A stretch of DNA of 64,000 bases. It comes from a virus (Duplodnaviria > Caudoviricetes). The number at the start of each line of letters is the position of its first letter. The first letter of the stretch is position 1. The stretch lies in IMG/VR virus record IMGVR_UViG_3300017499_000044, positions 1-64,000 of that record. One strand, 5' to 3'. The notes below the pieces were generated by a model. The model was not told the origin of the DNA and did no database searches. It saw nothing but the letters and a program-made list of their open reading frames with translations. The position numbers were made by a program, and so were the translations under genes. Of the stretch, positions 42,001-51,786 are shown one piece after another.

Positions 42001-43359
42001 GTAGGCGATCGCCTTGAGGGAAAAACATTACACTTTGACACTGCTTCAAAAGTCGGAGATATTACCGAGGATCATGCCGTGATTACTTTTGGAGGAAAGA
42101 GCGGAAACCCGGGCGGAGGAATCGTCGTAGCGAAAAGCACCAGCTCATCAATTGATAATGATTACTATCTTTATGTATGGACACAGGGCGCGGATAATGC
42201 AGTATCCATACATAAGACATTTATATACAGAGTCTCTGGGAATAAATGGATTGAAGATGAGTGTGGCTTAGAGACAAATTATGCGTTGGTTGATTATGTT
42301 AATGAGAGCAGTCCGTTTTATTCTTTAATCAGTGCGGAGTATACAAGTATATACGAACCACAGAGCTTATACAGACGTGTTGGGTCTTCGTGGGTTCTCA
42401 TAGACAGGACAACCACTCAGGAGCTTAAAGACTCCATTTCAGATGTGAGCAAGTCATTGAGTAATGTAATTACAGACAACGGCTATCTCAACGCCGAGAA
42501 ACTTAAAGGTGTTATCAGCGGAAATATCGCAGAAATGCAAAGCGCCAAAGGAAATGTTTTATTTGATTCAGACGGTATTTGGCTTTTGAACGCAGCGACA
42601 AAGAGAGAGGCTACCAAGGCTATTTGGATGAACGAGCAGGGGATGCAATTCGGAACGGGCGATGCGTGCGAAGATCCCGCGAATGATGATAGCTGGACAT
42701 GGACAACCTCTGTTTCGCATGATGGTATTGAAGCGGAGGCTCTTGCGGGAAAATATCTAAGCGGATGTACAATATTCGGCGGCAGGTTAAAGATAGGGGA
42801 TAATTTTACGGTTAACACAGATGGAAAGATGATGGCAAAGAACGGAAGATTTGAAGGGACGGTGCAAGCCGATAAATTTGAGGATTCGGAAGGAAATTCT
42901 ATGATGAACGGCAGCAAATTCAAAGCAGATTATTTGTCATTATACGGCTTAACAATTCAAAACGACGACAGCGAGACGACATTTGAAATAGATACCGATG
43001 GAAATGTTACAGCTAAGGGCAATATTGAAGCCACAAAGGTTACGGCTAATGCCGAAATACAATCTCCCGTTATAAAAGGCGGACGGATCTGGAACACGAA
43101 GGGAACGACATCCTTGGTGCTTGGGACTAATGATAATAGTAATTATGGAGACCTGACCTTGTATCAACATAGCAAGAATTTCGACAGCGGCAGGGGTAGT
43201 CTTGTATTTCAAATACACCACGAAGCAACATCTTTTAGCTTGTGGGGACAGAACGGTCAATTTCTCTCAACAGGCGGCGGATATACTTACGCTACCAACA
43301 CATGGGATTTCACTAATGCTACCGTGAAGGGCTTATCGGCTGTCGCTACATTCGGGTAA
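39019..43359 (+). CDS. Baseplate hub/Tal-like tail protein (true start probably 39031 or 39034)
   Basis: Follows the TMP; AYSLEYE, DIRMVNPLG, SIVFTDDGWQTAKMAIG; two YYQ..P...GDLWFN repeats. Confidence 0.7.
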   Translation: MEVIVLVIDFSSIGVIKEQPTLILCSVDDSAIGSLSAAYNLTGDICYNETSTISFELPAYIDGQRTPHYDDVIGMRTIKIPKYGRFVIVNPSTTNDGVKEIKTCKAYSLEYEFTYKQVYFEEGTYNFYDPFSPNDTVLGMLMEDFPSWSLGDVDSALIGKYRTFEETDSNAYNFIKSTLQESYECIFDFDTLNRKVNVRSTSAESTPTPVYLSLDNLIKELKIEEDTENIYTVLDVSGGEDVDIRMVNPLGTNKIYNLDYFMKPSHFESSMIEKWNSWKKSYENEQTPFYNISLERSLKTAAISTEESKLNELKSIDLAELTSERAVYIEYLAKLVDDDSDDYNAYQKKLKKVNSEIDDKNAEISEQEDVIASLKAEETALTEKLTEIKAGLAFDNFFTAEELKLLDRYFKEESIEETTFVVSEVDSYETSDISNSIKGISITFANCNFTETETDSETKMYSISGGSFSLTNTTTTLDAETVNATFEVKSDKTIILSAYLNKGKIGDSEFPNATISLTGDYSSVTLSGDGKTGHTSSVSVGGISGQMYFTRNTTDYEKHSVSWDLYEYGKSTLEKLAYPSYTFDVSSANFLSMDEFEGFIQHLKLGQKIYINTDNEILEPILIGVEIDFDDPTSLTLKFSDTYSASDNAFKLVDLLDQSISMGRTVESSKLNYSSFVNSGASNAVKDFMSSALDIAKNSILSSDGQGVSWDNAGLHLRKYIDKDDPDKGYEDEQISMINNSIVFTDDGWQTAKMAIGRIIDGNIGSYAETSDTEYNEKKTYYYIDVDENYQKWNGSEEKWEAEDRPLLYEKTGTAYGIVAPYIVGTILAGENCMIDTSNGSFKVDESGVYIDSLKFYITHGGTTYDTTLQDELDKLDLESTQIAGDIGDVVQNIDGLSNMTVAVYYQADEPETDNVGDLWFNTDTNRLYCYSGLMWRDTNNDGYAEKIKRGQDEQAGSDGVIMYYQQEAAPSEASAGDLWFNSSKSKTGKRNIAVGDRLEGKTLHFDTASKVGDITEDHAVITFGGKSGNPGGGIVVAKSTSSSIDNDYYLYVWTQGADNAVSIHKTFIYRVSGNKWIEDECGLETNYALVDYVNESSPFYSLISAEYTSIYEPQSLYRRVGSSWVLIDRTTTQELKDSISDVSKSLSNVITDNGYLNAEKLKGVISGNIAEMQSAKGNVLFDSDGIWLLNAATKREATKAIWMNEQGMQFGTGDACEDPANDDSWTWTTSVSHDGIEAEALAGKYLSGCTIFGGRLKIGDNFTVNTDGKMMAKNGRFEGTVQADKFEDSEGNSMMNGSKFKADYLSLYGLTIQNDDSETTFEIDTDGNVTAKGNIEATKVTANAEIQSPVIKGGRIWNTKGTTSLVLGTNDNSNYGDLTLYQHSKNFDSGRGSLVFQIHHEATSFSLWGQNGQFLSTGGGYTYATNTWDFTNATVKGLSAVATFG

Positions 43360-43392
43360 GCATTAACGACGAACGAGAAGGGAGGTAATTAT

Positions 43393-45240
43393 ATGGCTAC
43401 AGAGGTTTCTTTAACCGTGTCTATGTACGACTATAACGGAAGTCTGTGCGCTTTCGGAGTAGTAAGCGGATTAGGGGGTGTAAATTCTGTAAGGATGTAT
43501 CTTTCCACGGGAACGGGAACAACATATCAATACTATTCCACGCAAATCTACAATAAGAGCGAGGCAAAAATAAACACGAAGCAGTATCCCACCCCCTCCT
43601 TTGTCTTTAATGTTCGCACCGATAGAGATACAGAGGATGCGAGTATATATCCAAAGCAATTGAAATACGGACAATATAAATTCAGCTTTCATTTCTACGA
43701 CAAGAACGGAACGCTTTTAAATACAACACCTCTTACTCTGACGGACGGAAGTGATTTTGTGTATTATCAAATGCACAACAGTCTTACCTCTCCCGCTATA
43801 ACGTGGGATGAATCAAATAAAATGATAAGACTGCTTAATCGGGGAAAGTACAGATATATGATAGAAATCCGCAGGAAAGATCGTAATCTTGTCAACACCG
43901 ACTTCAAGCCCGAAGTAAAAGACTACGCGTATGAGGTCGTGATGAAAAATCTGGAGCGGGGCAAGTATTGGGAAGCCATTCCGAATACTGCGCTATACGG
44001 AGAACCCGGCAGAGAGGATACGGGAGATCGCTGCAGATATAGGAATCGGTGGGTTACAAACGGAATACAGCAACGCGTTTTGATTATATATGACTCGGGA
44101 GCGAAGTTTACCGAATCCGACAAGACCGATTACGACACGATTGTTACGAACGCATTAGGGCAACTCACAGACATGACCGGCATTAACTTTACTATAGTCA
44201 GCCGAGAGAATACAGACGGAACTCCCGCTGTCGATTATGACCCCTACAATTGCGATGAAACCATGGAAGCCTATGTCGACGCATATGGCTACGACCGAGA
44301 GGAACAATCCGAAGCTCCTTATGACATCATAGTTCGAGTTGGCAACGACACGACTATGGATAGCAAGAAAGGCGATTGGGTAGGTGAGGGTATGTGGAGA
44401 GTGTGGAGATGGGACGGCGACGGACAGGATGGAATCGCAACATCCATCGCCTGTATCAACGTTGATAAAGCCATGGAGTTCGAAAGCATACGCCACGTAT
44501 TTTTCGAGGAAATTTATCAAAGCTTCGGAATGGGCGCGGATAACTATTCCAACCCCTTAAGCATACACTGGGATCCGGAATACACCAACCCCGACTCGTA
44601 TTATATTAAGGATTGGTATAATGGGAATATACAATGGGATAAAGAGGTCATGAGGTTTTGGCAGTCGCAAAACATGAACGGCTGGTCGAACATTGATTTA
44701 ATAAATAATATGGATACGCCGTGCTGTATGTTTAAGGAATGGTCGGGCAAGGCTTATTATGACTTTGATTTGTCGGGGCTTACAGCCGGTGATTATATTG
44801 TTTACGGCTGGGTTGCGGGGGAGAAAACTCGACCCGCTCAGTCAGGAACATCGGAACATACTGTGATTCACGGATGGGACGACAGCCCATATTCGAACAA
44901 GGCGTGTGTCGAGATAACCATTCCGAACACCGGTCGTCCGAATCATTTTTCATGGACATATCCGAAAGAGAAGGGCGAGCTTTTTAATCTGACCGCAGAC
45001 GAATGGAACGCCTTAACGAAAAACATAAACGAGGTAAGAGAATACAAGGGGCTTAGCGCATACTCATTTACAATGGCTGTAAAGGGTGAGGTGTTTAAGG
45101 CAAGTATGTACATGGAAGCGCGAGAAGCTATACGGGAAATACAAGGATACGGAACATACATACCGAGCGTTGCCGCCAGAGACACAATCACAGCCACAGC
45201 AATGAACAGCATAGTAAGCGAGCTTAATGCCGTGCCTTAA
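43393..45240 (+). CDS. Tail-associated protein with zincin-like (DUF2927-like) segment
   Basis: RHVFFEEIYQSFGMGADN...SI; C-terminal FSWT...LTADEWNAL module. Confidence 0.5.
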   Translation: MATEVSLTVSMYDYNGSLCAFGVVSGLGGVNSVRMYLSTGTGTTYQYYSTQIYNKSEAKINTKQYPTPSFVFNVRTDRDTEDASIYPKQLKYGQYKFSFHFYDKNGTLLNTTPLTLTDGSDFVYYQMHNSLTSPAITWDESNKMIRLLNRGKYRYMIEIRRKDRNLVNTDFKPEVKDYAYEVVMKNLERGKYWEAIPNTALYGEPGREDTGDRCRYRNRWVTNGIQQRVLIIYDSGAKFTESDKTDYDTIVTNALGQLTDMTGINFTIVSRENTDGTPAVDYDPYNCDETMEAYVDAYGYDREEQSEAPYDIIVRVGNDTTMDSKKGDWVGEGMWRVWRWDGDGQDGIATSIACINVDKAMEFESIRHVFFEEIYQSFGMGADNYSNPLSIHWDPEYTNPDSYYIKDWYNGNIQWDKEVMRFWQSQNMNGWSNIDLINNMDTPCCMFKEWSGKAYYDFDLSGLTAGDYIVYGWVAGEKTRPAQSGTSEHTVIHGWDDSPYSNKACVEITIPNTGRPNHFSWTYPKEKGELFNLTADEWNALTKNINEVREYKGLSAYSFTMAVKGEVFKASMYMEAREAIREIQGYGTYIPSVAARDTITATAMNSIVSELNAVP

Positions 45241-45286
45241 CAGGAACGGTGCGGCAACAGCGCAAAGAGCAGAGGGAGATTAACTT

Positions 45287-45505
45287 ATGAACATAAACGA
45301 AATCAAAAATAACGTGGCTATGGTTATCAATGCCCTAAACACAATTGATGTGCGCGGCAAGAATAATCTCACGGCTTTGGGCGGTTCTATAGGTGTGCTT
45401 GAATCGGTTTATGAGGAGCTTCAAAAGCCGCAGAGTATAAAGAGGTCTGCAGCGGGCAGTGTGATTAGCGGCGCACAGGTCACAGCCTCCGACAATGAGG
45501 AGTAA
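45287..45505 (+). CDS. Small hypothetical protein
   Basis: RBS GGGAG; ALNTIDVRGKNN. Confidence 0.65.
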   Translation: MNINEIKNNVAMVINALNTIDVRGKNNLTALGGSIGVLESVYEELQKPQSIKRSAAGSVISGAQVTASDNEE

Positions 45506-45519
45506 GGCGGTGAGACGAT

Positions 45520-46326
45520 ATGACATTTTGCAGTGACATTTTCGCCTTTGACGGAGTATCTTCGGAAGAATACGGATTAATGATGTATGAGATAAATTCA
45601 TCGTCCTCCGAGACGACCAAGACATTGTCGGTTACGGCAGAGATTGTGGAAGACAGAATATCGAGAAGGTATCGCCCTATTCATTACGGAACTACTGTCA
45701 ACACTCCGTTGGAGTTTGAAATGACATTTGGGGCAGATATAGATGCAGTCGACGAGGGGCGGCGGTATGACAGATATGAGCTAGAAGCTATCGCGAGTTG
45801 GCTTACATCGCACGATACGTATAAATGGCTTGAGATTATGCAGCCTGATATGGAACCTTTTCGATATAGATGTTTTATAACAGAATTAGAGCATATTGAT
45901 TTTGACGGCTCGCCGCTGGCATTTAAATGTACGGTGGTATGTGATTCTCCGTTTGCTTACCGGTATCCAAAAACATACAAGTATAACGTTGATGGAACAT
46001 TAGACGTTAGAATCTTCAACGAAAGCTCGTACCCGGGCTACTACAAACCCGACATCAGAATCACGCCGTCATCGGGCGGAACGTTTTCGATACAGAACCT
46101 AAGCGACAATGGCAGAATAACACAATTCACAGGGCTGCCCGCAAACACAAGCAGCGTGTATGTTGACGGAGTAAATGAAGTTATAAAATGCGACGAAATC
46201 ACAAACCCGTACAGCTATTTCAACTTCAACTTTCTACGAATGCCGAGGAAAGAGAACAGGCTTCGGCTCAGCGGCAAGGGGATAATTGAGATAATATGTG
46301 AGTTTCCTGTAAGCATAGGAGGATAA
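45520..46326 (+). CDS. Distal tail protein (Dit-like)
   Basis: FAFDGVSSEEYGL, IASWL, CDSPFAY, NFLRMPRKENRL. Confidence 0.75.
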   Translation: MTFCSDIFAFDGVSSEEYGLMMYEINSSSSETTKTLSVTAEIVEDRISRRYRPIHYGTTVNTPLEFEMTFGADIDAVDEGRRYDRYELEAIASWLTSHDTYKWLEIMQPDMEPFRYRCFITELEHIDFDGSPLAFKCTVVCDSPFAYRYPKTYKYNVDGTLDVRIFNESSYPGYYKPDIRITPSSGGTFSIQNLSDNGRITQFTGLPANTSSVYVDGVNEVIKCDEITNPYSYFNFNFLRMPRKENRLRLSGKGIIEIICEFPVSIGG

Positions 46327-46374
46327 TATTTATGAATAAAGATATAAGCCATATTTTTAGAAGGGAGGGCTGAT

Positions 46375-49300
46375 ATGATAGGAATTACGTGTACTGATAC
46401 ATATGGAGACACAGTGTCGTTTCTAACGCAGTGGGACGTTAATATATCTCTCACGATAACTTGTTACGACAAAATAACTACGCCCGTATTCCATTTTAGC
46501 AATCAGTCTAGAACTGAAGCTCTCGTCGTAGATGAGGTGACAACATCCGGGAATGCGTCTGCGGGCTATGAGCTTACCGCAAAAATACCGAATGTATTGC
46601 TTCAAGAGCCGTATCCGATAATGATGTATCTGTATGATTATCTTGGAAACACCGGAGAGTCAGGTGTTCCTGCAAAAGTGAGAGCGTCTGCAAGAATACC
46701 CATGCGCAGAAGAACAAAGCCGTCGCCTTATAAATATGCGGAAACGATAGACGGCGCATACTTTAGCGAGATCACCGCTCTGATTCAGAAAAAGCTTGAC
46801 GCGCTGGATGATGGTTCGATTGTATATCCGGATTTAACAGATCTTAAATCAGATTGTGAGGATATGCAAAATGCGATAACAAAGTGCCAAACATCATTAA
46901 GAAACGAAGCTGCCGTCGATTTAGATTTCGACGAAAGTACGGGAGAAATAACTCTCCGAAACTCTGTCGGAGCGCAGACCGGAGACGCAGTCAAGATACC
47001 TACAACATTAGGGATAAGCGGCATAAGCGCAGATACTGTGCAGACTGATTCCGATTATTATCTTGTATTGTATGACGAGGACGGCAATGAGCTTACGCGG
47101 ACATTACTGCCATCTTCTAATTCTGGCATAGACTCCACAACTATTGACGACTCTTTATCATCAACGTCAGAGCAGCCGGTACAGAATAAAGTAATAAATT
47201 CTGCAATAGAAGCAATAAATACGAATGTGGGGACAATGAGCGATCTCCAAGTCAGCGCAGATAATTTGGTGGCTGCGATAAATAAGATTGATGATAAAGC
47301 AAAAGCTGCGGCTGCAACAACCTATGCGTCAACTAGTGAAGCGGGAATTGTAAAGCTTTATTCCGTCGATGGCAAGAACACCAGCGGATTAAATGTGGAC
47401 GCAGCAGACGGCAGTGTATGGATAGGCACCAACAGCGATAAGGGTACGCAGAAAACCAGTTCGGGTGAGATAGCAACGGCTGCGGCAGACGTCACAGATA
47501 TAGATGCAGCAATAAACTCTTATAAGCCGATAGTCCCGTCAACACTCTCGTATGCCGTGCAGTCAATCGGCGGGACGCTGACAGAGCTTAAGACTCAATC
47601 TCAAGATTCATATATTTCGGCAATAAATGAAATCAAGACAGATATAGATGATATAGTCGCTTCCGGGATAGGAACTGTTTCTACTATGACAACAGCAATG
47701 TATGAGAATGTGGGAACATCGGAATCGATGCTGACTCTGCCACATAAGATTTCCGAGATTTTAGAATTTATATTAGCAAAGGTAAACGGGTTGCAAAGCC
47801 ATATTTATGAGTTTCCCACAACGAACTTAACATTAAATTATCCGGAGATAGTGACAGGCGATGTGTCTTCTGAGGCAAAAGCTCCGGGCGTAATCGCATC
47901 TATCCCAATGCCTTGCGGCGTATACCATATTAACATTCCCGCAAATTCAACTTATTTCTATATTCGCTCTTTTACAATACGGGATAAGGATGACTCATCG
48001 ACTTCGTATACAGTAAAATACACCGATAAAAGCGGCGAGGGCAGATTTCTTACAGGACATAACTATTGGGCATACTTCGGAGATCAAGGTTCAAAACTAT
48101 TATATTCTGATGTGTTTGGTCAGCAGCCGATACCATGCAACTATTCTATAACAGACGGGCAATTATCATCAAGCATTGCGGCGAAACCCGGGATATTCTT
48201 GTGTGATGAAGCAGACGGTCAATACACTATAACTTATCCGGTGTTATCTATGTATAACGATGAATCCGGGGAAACCACGCAGATAAAATTTGATCTGAAT
48301 GGAAATATCTACACACGATGTGACAGCACCGGAATAGGCGGAGAGTCATGGACAGAATGGGCAAAGGTTGTTCCTGATGTGGATTCTGCCTTAAGTTTCA
48401 CATCATCCAATCCTGTACAGAATAAAGTTATAAATACCGCAATAAACAATGCGGTTGCAAATTCGGACAACTGGGACAAGGGATATGAATGGTGCAATAC
48501 TTTCTCTAATAATTTTAGCAACAGTTCTTATTTAAGTGTTGATGAAATAGCGAGTGACATGGGCAATGTTGCTAGCCTTGAAACTACTGCGACAAATCTT
48601 GTTGGGGCAATCAATGAGATAAAGAACGCACAAACCACCGGCGGTGTCACGGTAGATGAAGCTCTTTCAAGTACCTCGACTAACCCGGTACAGAATAAAA
48701 CAGTATATACCGCCTTGAACTCCGGTTATTACGGTGTCGCAACAATGTCAGTCGGCACAGATACCGTGACCTATTCTGCCACCGTAACTCCTGCACCGCT
48801 TATTGCCGCAGGCTTGCGAGTGACAATAAATTTCTCCGGCTTTAAAGCGGGTCTTAACAATTATCTGAGCGTAAACAGCTCCACCGCATTTCCGATCTAT
48901 CAAAACGGAATAGATCTCTTTGTTGCAGAAGAAACCATCTCGTATGGAGAATGCCTTGACCTCGTTCTTGTGGCTGATGATACCTCGGTTGACAATTACC
49001 ACTGGGAAATAATAAACGCAGGTGAAATCCTCAACATGAACTTACAAATCTCGGTAGATACCGCATTGTCGAGTACATCTACTAATCCTGTGCAGAACAA
49101 AATTGTAAACACTGCGATAAACACAATAAACAACAAGCTTGGCACGACCACAATGGGAACGACTGCTACAACTATTACCGGAGCTATAGCGGAACTAAAG
49201 AACGCACAATCTTCGGGGACAGGTGCTGATTCAAGCTTTGATGGTAGTGCTGATTTTGATATTATTCCTGCCGACAGTGAAACATACGACCTCGGAAATG

Positions 49301-51171
49301 CGACAAACGCATGGAATTGTGTTTATGCTAATATTGTAGACGCTAGTCAAGTATCTGTAGAAGAAGTAGCAACCAATACCATAGAATTAGGCTCTGTCGT
49401 GTTAAACATTACAGACTTTAATCAGGGACGAATTACTTATGTTATATGCGACACAGAACAAGATAATACAGCGAAAATAGGAACGCCAACATCATATACA
49501 GACTTTAGTATGACAAATGAAATGCACTTTGCGGTACAATTCACAAATGGGTTGGCTGAAAATACAAGCGCAACATTAAATATTAATAATACTGCCGCTT
49601 ATCCAATAACCATAGACGGCACGAATTATTACACAGGCTCTGTTCCTGCCGGCGGAGTGCTTGAAGTTGTATATTACGATAATAGCTTTATTGTGGTTAA
49701 TCCCAATAACGACACTCTGGGAAACTCGGCTGAATCGGCAAAATTAAATGCAGCAAGCTCCGGAAAGAATGCGGTAAAAGTCTCTAGCCAGTCTGCACTA
49801 ACTTCGGCTATTAGTAATAGTTCAAATGACGGGTGCGTAATAGAGTTTTCGGGAACATCTTCGACAACGCAGTACATACTCTATCTTGATAAAATCAGCT
49901 CAAGTATTACGAATCTGACAATTCGAGGAGCAAGCAGTTCTCGGGCAAGCAACTATCTTAAAATAGCGCTATACAACTCGACCGCGCCGACATATAATGC
50001 TAAATTTAAGCTGACTATAGAGAGAACAAACGTGGAAATAGCACAGCCGAACATTTACAAAACCGCGATACCTACGCTTGTTTTTAATAACTGCAATGTT
50101 ACAGCTACTCTTAACAACTTATCAACGTTTACTGCGGGGAAACTCATTCAGGCAACAGAATTAGTATTAAACAATTGCACAACGACAAGTAAAATCACTG
50201 AAACGTCTGCAAAGATAGATACCATTTTTGATGTCTTCTGGGCTGAGAAAATCAAGGTAATAGGCGGATATTTAAACACTGCCGGACGTCCCTATGACAG
50301 TGATATATGCGTAAACCTGTTGGGTTCGAGTGGAAAAACTGCGGGAGAAAGCTGCATCTCGGACGGATGTCAAATCAGCCAATACGACCTTACTACATCC
50401 TCAACATATTCAAACGCGGGAAAACATTGCGTGATTAGTGCTTATGCGTTTGATGTTAGTGGATGTACCATTAAAAATAGCTGTACTACTACTTATGCCA
50501 CTAATTATTGCCTTTTCTGCACTGACATTGCGGGAACTGCCGTTACAGCAGGCACAGTCTTTGAGAATAATACCGTTTCGGGATATTCGTCAATGTTTAT
50601 TCATTGCGAGACGATTAAGGGCAATACCTTTACGACAAGCGGAACACTGATGTTAAGCTTGGATGATGGAAGCATTATCAGCGACAACACCTTTACAAAC
50701 ACGGCAGTCACTCTGCAAGGGGCAACTTCGGGCGAAAGGGTACAGTATTGGGACAATATTGCTAGCAGCATTACACTCGGAAGCAATATTTCAAGGACGC
50801 TGGTAAATAGAAAGGTTGAACGCATAGGCACATGGATAGACGGCACCCCAATTTGGAGGGTCATGTTTCGATATGCGCTTGAAGATACTGACCGGGAAGA
50901 TTTTACGAATAACTCAACTATGAGCTTAACTTCTTACTGCAAGACAGTTTCCAGCAGTAGCGATTATTGTATTTATCTAAGATGGGGCGCAACACTTATA
51001 TCGGGAGAAACTCCATGTTTAATAGACGATATGAATCTTGTACCAACTTCAAATATAGAGTGCGATGTGGATACTTCACAGGTTAGCGAAGCGTATATAA
51101 AGAGCGCAAGTCCGACTTATTTATACGGATGGATTGAATTTGCAACCCCGGAAAGCAAGTTGGCTAGTTAA
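46375..51171 (+). CDS. Tail fibre/receptor-binding protein (1598 aa)
   Basis: N-terminal LTQWD...IPNVLLQ anchor; four VDxALSxTSxNPVQNK-type motifs; Ser/Thr/Asn-rich, beta-helix-like C-terminal third; IGTWIDG module. Confidence 0.75.
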   Translation: MIGITCTDTYGDTVSFLTQWDVNISLTITCYDKITTPVFHFSNQSRTEALVVDEVTTSGNASAGYELTAKIPNVLLQEPYPIMMYLYDYLGNTGESGVPAKVRASARIPMRRRTKPSPYKYAETIDGAYFSEITALIQKKLDALDDGSIVYPDLTDLKSDCEDMQNAITKCQTSLRNEAAVDLDFDESTGEITLRNSVGAQTGDAVKIPTTLGISGISADTVQTDSDYYLVLYDEDGNELTRTLLPSSNSGIDSTTIDDSLSSTSEQPVQNKVINSAIEAINTNVGTMSDLQVSADNLVAAINKIDDKAKAAAATTYASTSEAGIVKLYSVDGKNTSGLNVDAADGSVWIGTNSDKGTQKTSSGEIATAAADVTDIDAAINSYKPIVPSTLSYAVQSIGGTLTELKTQSQDSYISAINEIKTDIDDIVASGIGTVSTMTTAMYENVGTSESMLTLPHKISEILEFILAKVNGLQSHIYEFPTTNLTLNYPEIVTGDVSSEAKAPGVIASIPMPCGVYHINIPANSTYFYIRSFTIRDKDDSSTSYTVKYTDKSGEGRFLTGHNYWAYFGDQGSKLLYSDVFGQQPIPCNYSITDGQLSSSIAAKPGIFLCDEADGQYTITYPVLSMYNDESGETTQIKFDLNGNIYTRCDSTGIGGESWTEWAKVVPDVDSALSFTSSNPVQNKVINTAINNAVANSDNWDKGYEWCNTFSNNFSNSSYLSVDEIASDMGNVASLETTATNLVGAINEIKNAQTTGGVTVDEALSSTSTNPVQNKTVYTALNSGYYGVATMSVGTDTVTYSATVTPAPLIAAGLRVTINFSGFKAGLNNYLSVNSSTAFPIYQNGIDLFVAEETISYGECLDLVLVADDTSVDNYHWEIINAGEILNMNLQISVDTALSSTSTNPVQNKIVNTAINTINNKLGTTTMGTTATTITGAIAELKNAQSSGTGADSSFDGSADFDIIPADSETYDLGNATNAWNCVYANIVDASQVSVEEVATNTIELGSVVLNITDFNQGRITYVICDTEQDNTAKIGTPTSYTDFSMTNEMHFAVQFTNGLAENTSATLNINNTAAYPITIDGTNYYTGSVPAGGVLEVVYYDNSFIVVNPNNDTLGNSAESAKLNAASSGKNAVKVSSQSALTSAISNSSNDGCVIEFSGTSSTTQYILYLDKISSSITNLTIRGASSSRASNYLKIALYNSTAPTYNAKFKLTIERTNVEIAQPNIYKTAIPTLVFNNCNVTATLNNLSTFTAGKLIQATELVLNNCTTTSKITETSAKIDTIFDVFWAEKIKVIGGYLNTAGRPYDSDICVNLLGSSGKTAGESCISDGCQISQYDLTTSSTYSNAGKHCVISAYAFDVSGCTIKNSCTTTYATNYCLFCTDIAGTAVTAGTVFENNTVSGYSSMFIHCETIKGNTFTTSGTLMLSLDDGSIISDNTFTNTAVTLQGATSGERVQYWDNIASSITLGSNISRTLVNRKVERIGTWIDGTPIWRVMFRYALEDTDREDFTNNSTMSLTSYCKTVSSSSDYCIYLRWGATLISGETPCLIDDMNLVPTSNIECDVDTSQVSEAYIKSASPTYLYGWIEFATPESKLAS

Positions 51172-51305
51172 ACGAAGCGAAAGAAAGAACTAATGATAAT
51201 TGTTAGTCATGGATGTCTTTGATTTATGAATATATAATAATACAAGGGCAGCTTGAAACATAGCTGCCTTTGATAATTTTACCAACAAGAAAGAGAGGTA
51301 TAAAG

Positions 51306-51590
51306 ATGGCAGCTATAAAGAAAAAATACAAAGGTGTTGCATTAGATTTAAATCAAGAATTTGTCTGTGATTGTCGTGCGGATGTTTCTAGCTTGCCCAC
51401 ACAATCAACAAAATTTGATACGTGTCCTACCGGCTCATTCGCTTTCGTTATAGAAGATTCCTCGGAGTGGATGCTTAGCAGCGACGGCGAATGGAAGCAA
51501 GTTTACACAGGAGGTAATTCGGAAATTGACTCTTTGGACATTGCGACTGACGCAGAAGTTTCTGAGATGCTGAAAGACACATTTGGTTGA
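51306..51590 (+). CDS. Small fibre-associated protein (94 aa)
   Basis: RBS GAGAGGT; C-terminal DIATDAEVSEMLKDTFG. Confidence 0.7.
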   Translation: MAAIKKKYKGVALDLNQEFVCDCRADVSSLPTQSTKFDTCPTGSFAFVIEDSSEWMLSSDGEWKQVYTGGNSEIDSLDIATDAEVSEMLKDTFG

Positions 51591-51786
51591 TTTATGAGGT
51601 TATTAATCGAGCGCTTAAGGTGCTTGATCAATATAACAGCGGATTCTTGTTTTTTGTTAGGATTTGATAGAGAATAAGAAACTCCGTTATTTTAAAATCC
51701 TGAGATTTAAACTCAGGGTTAAATAGAAGAGTCTTTGCCGACTAGACGGCAAGGCATGATTAGATAAGTTATAGGAGGTAAAAATT

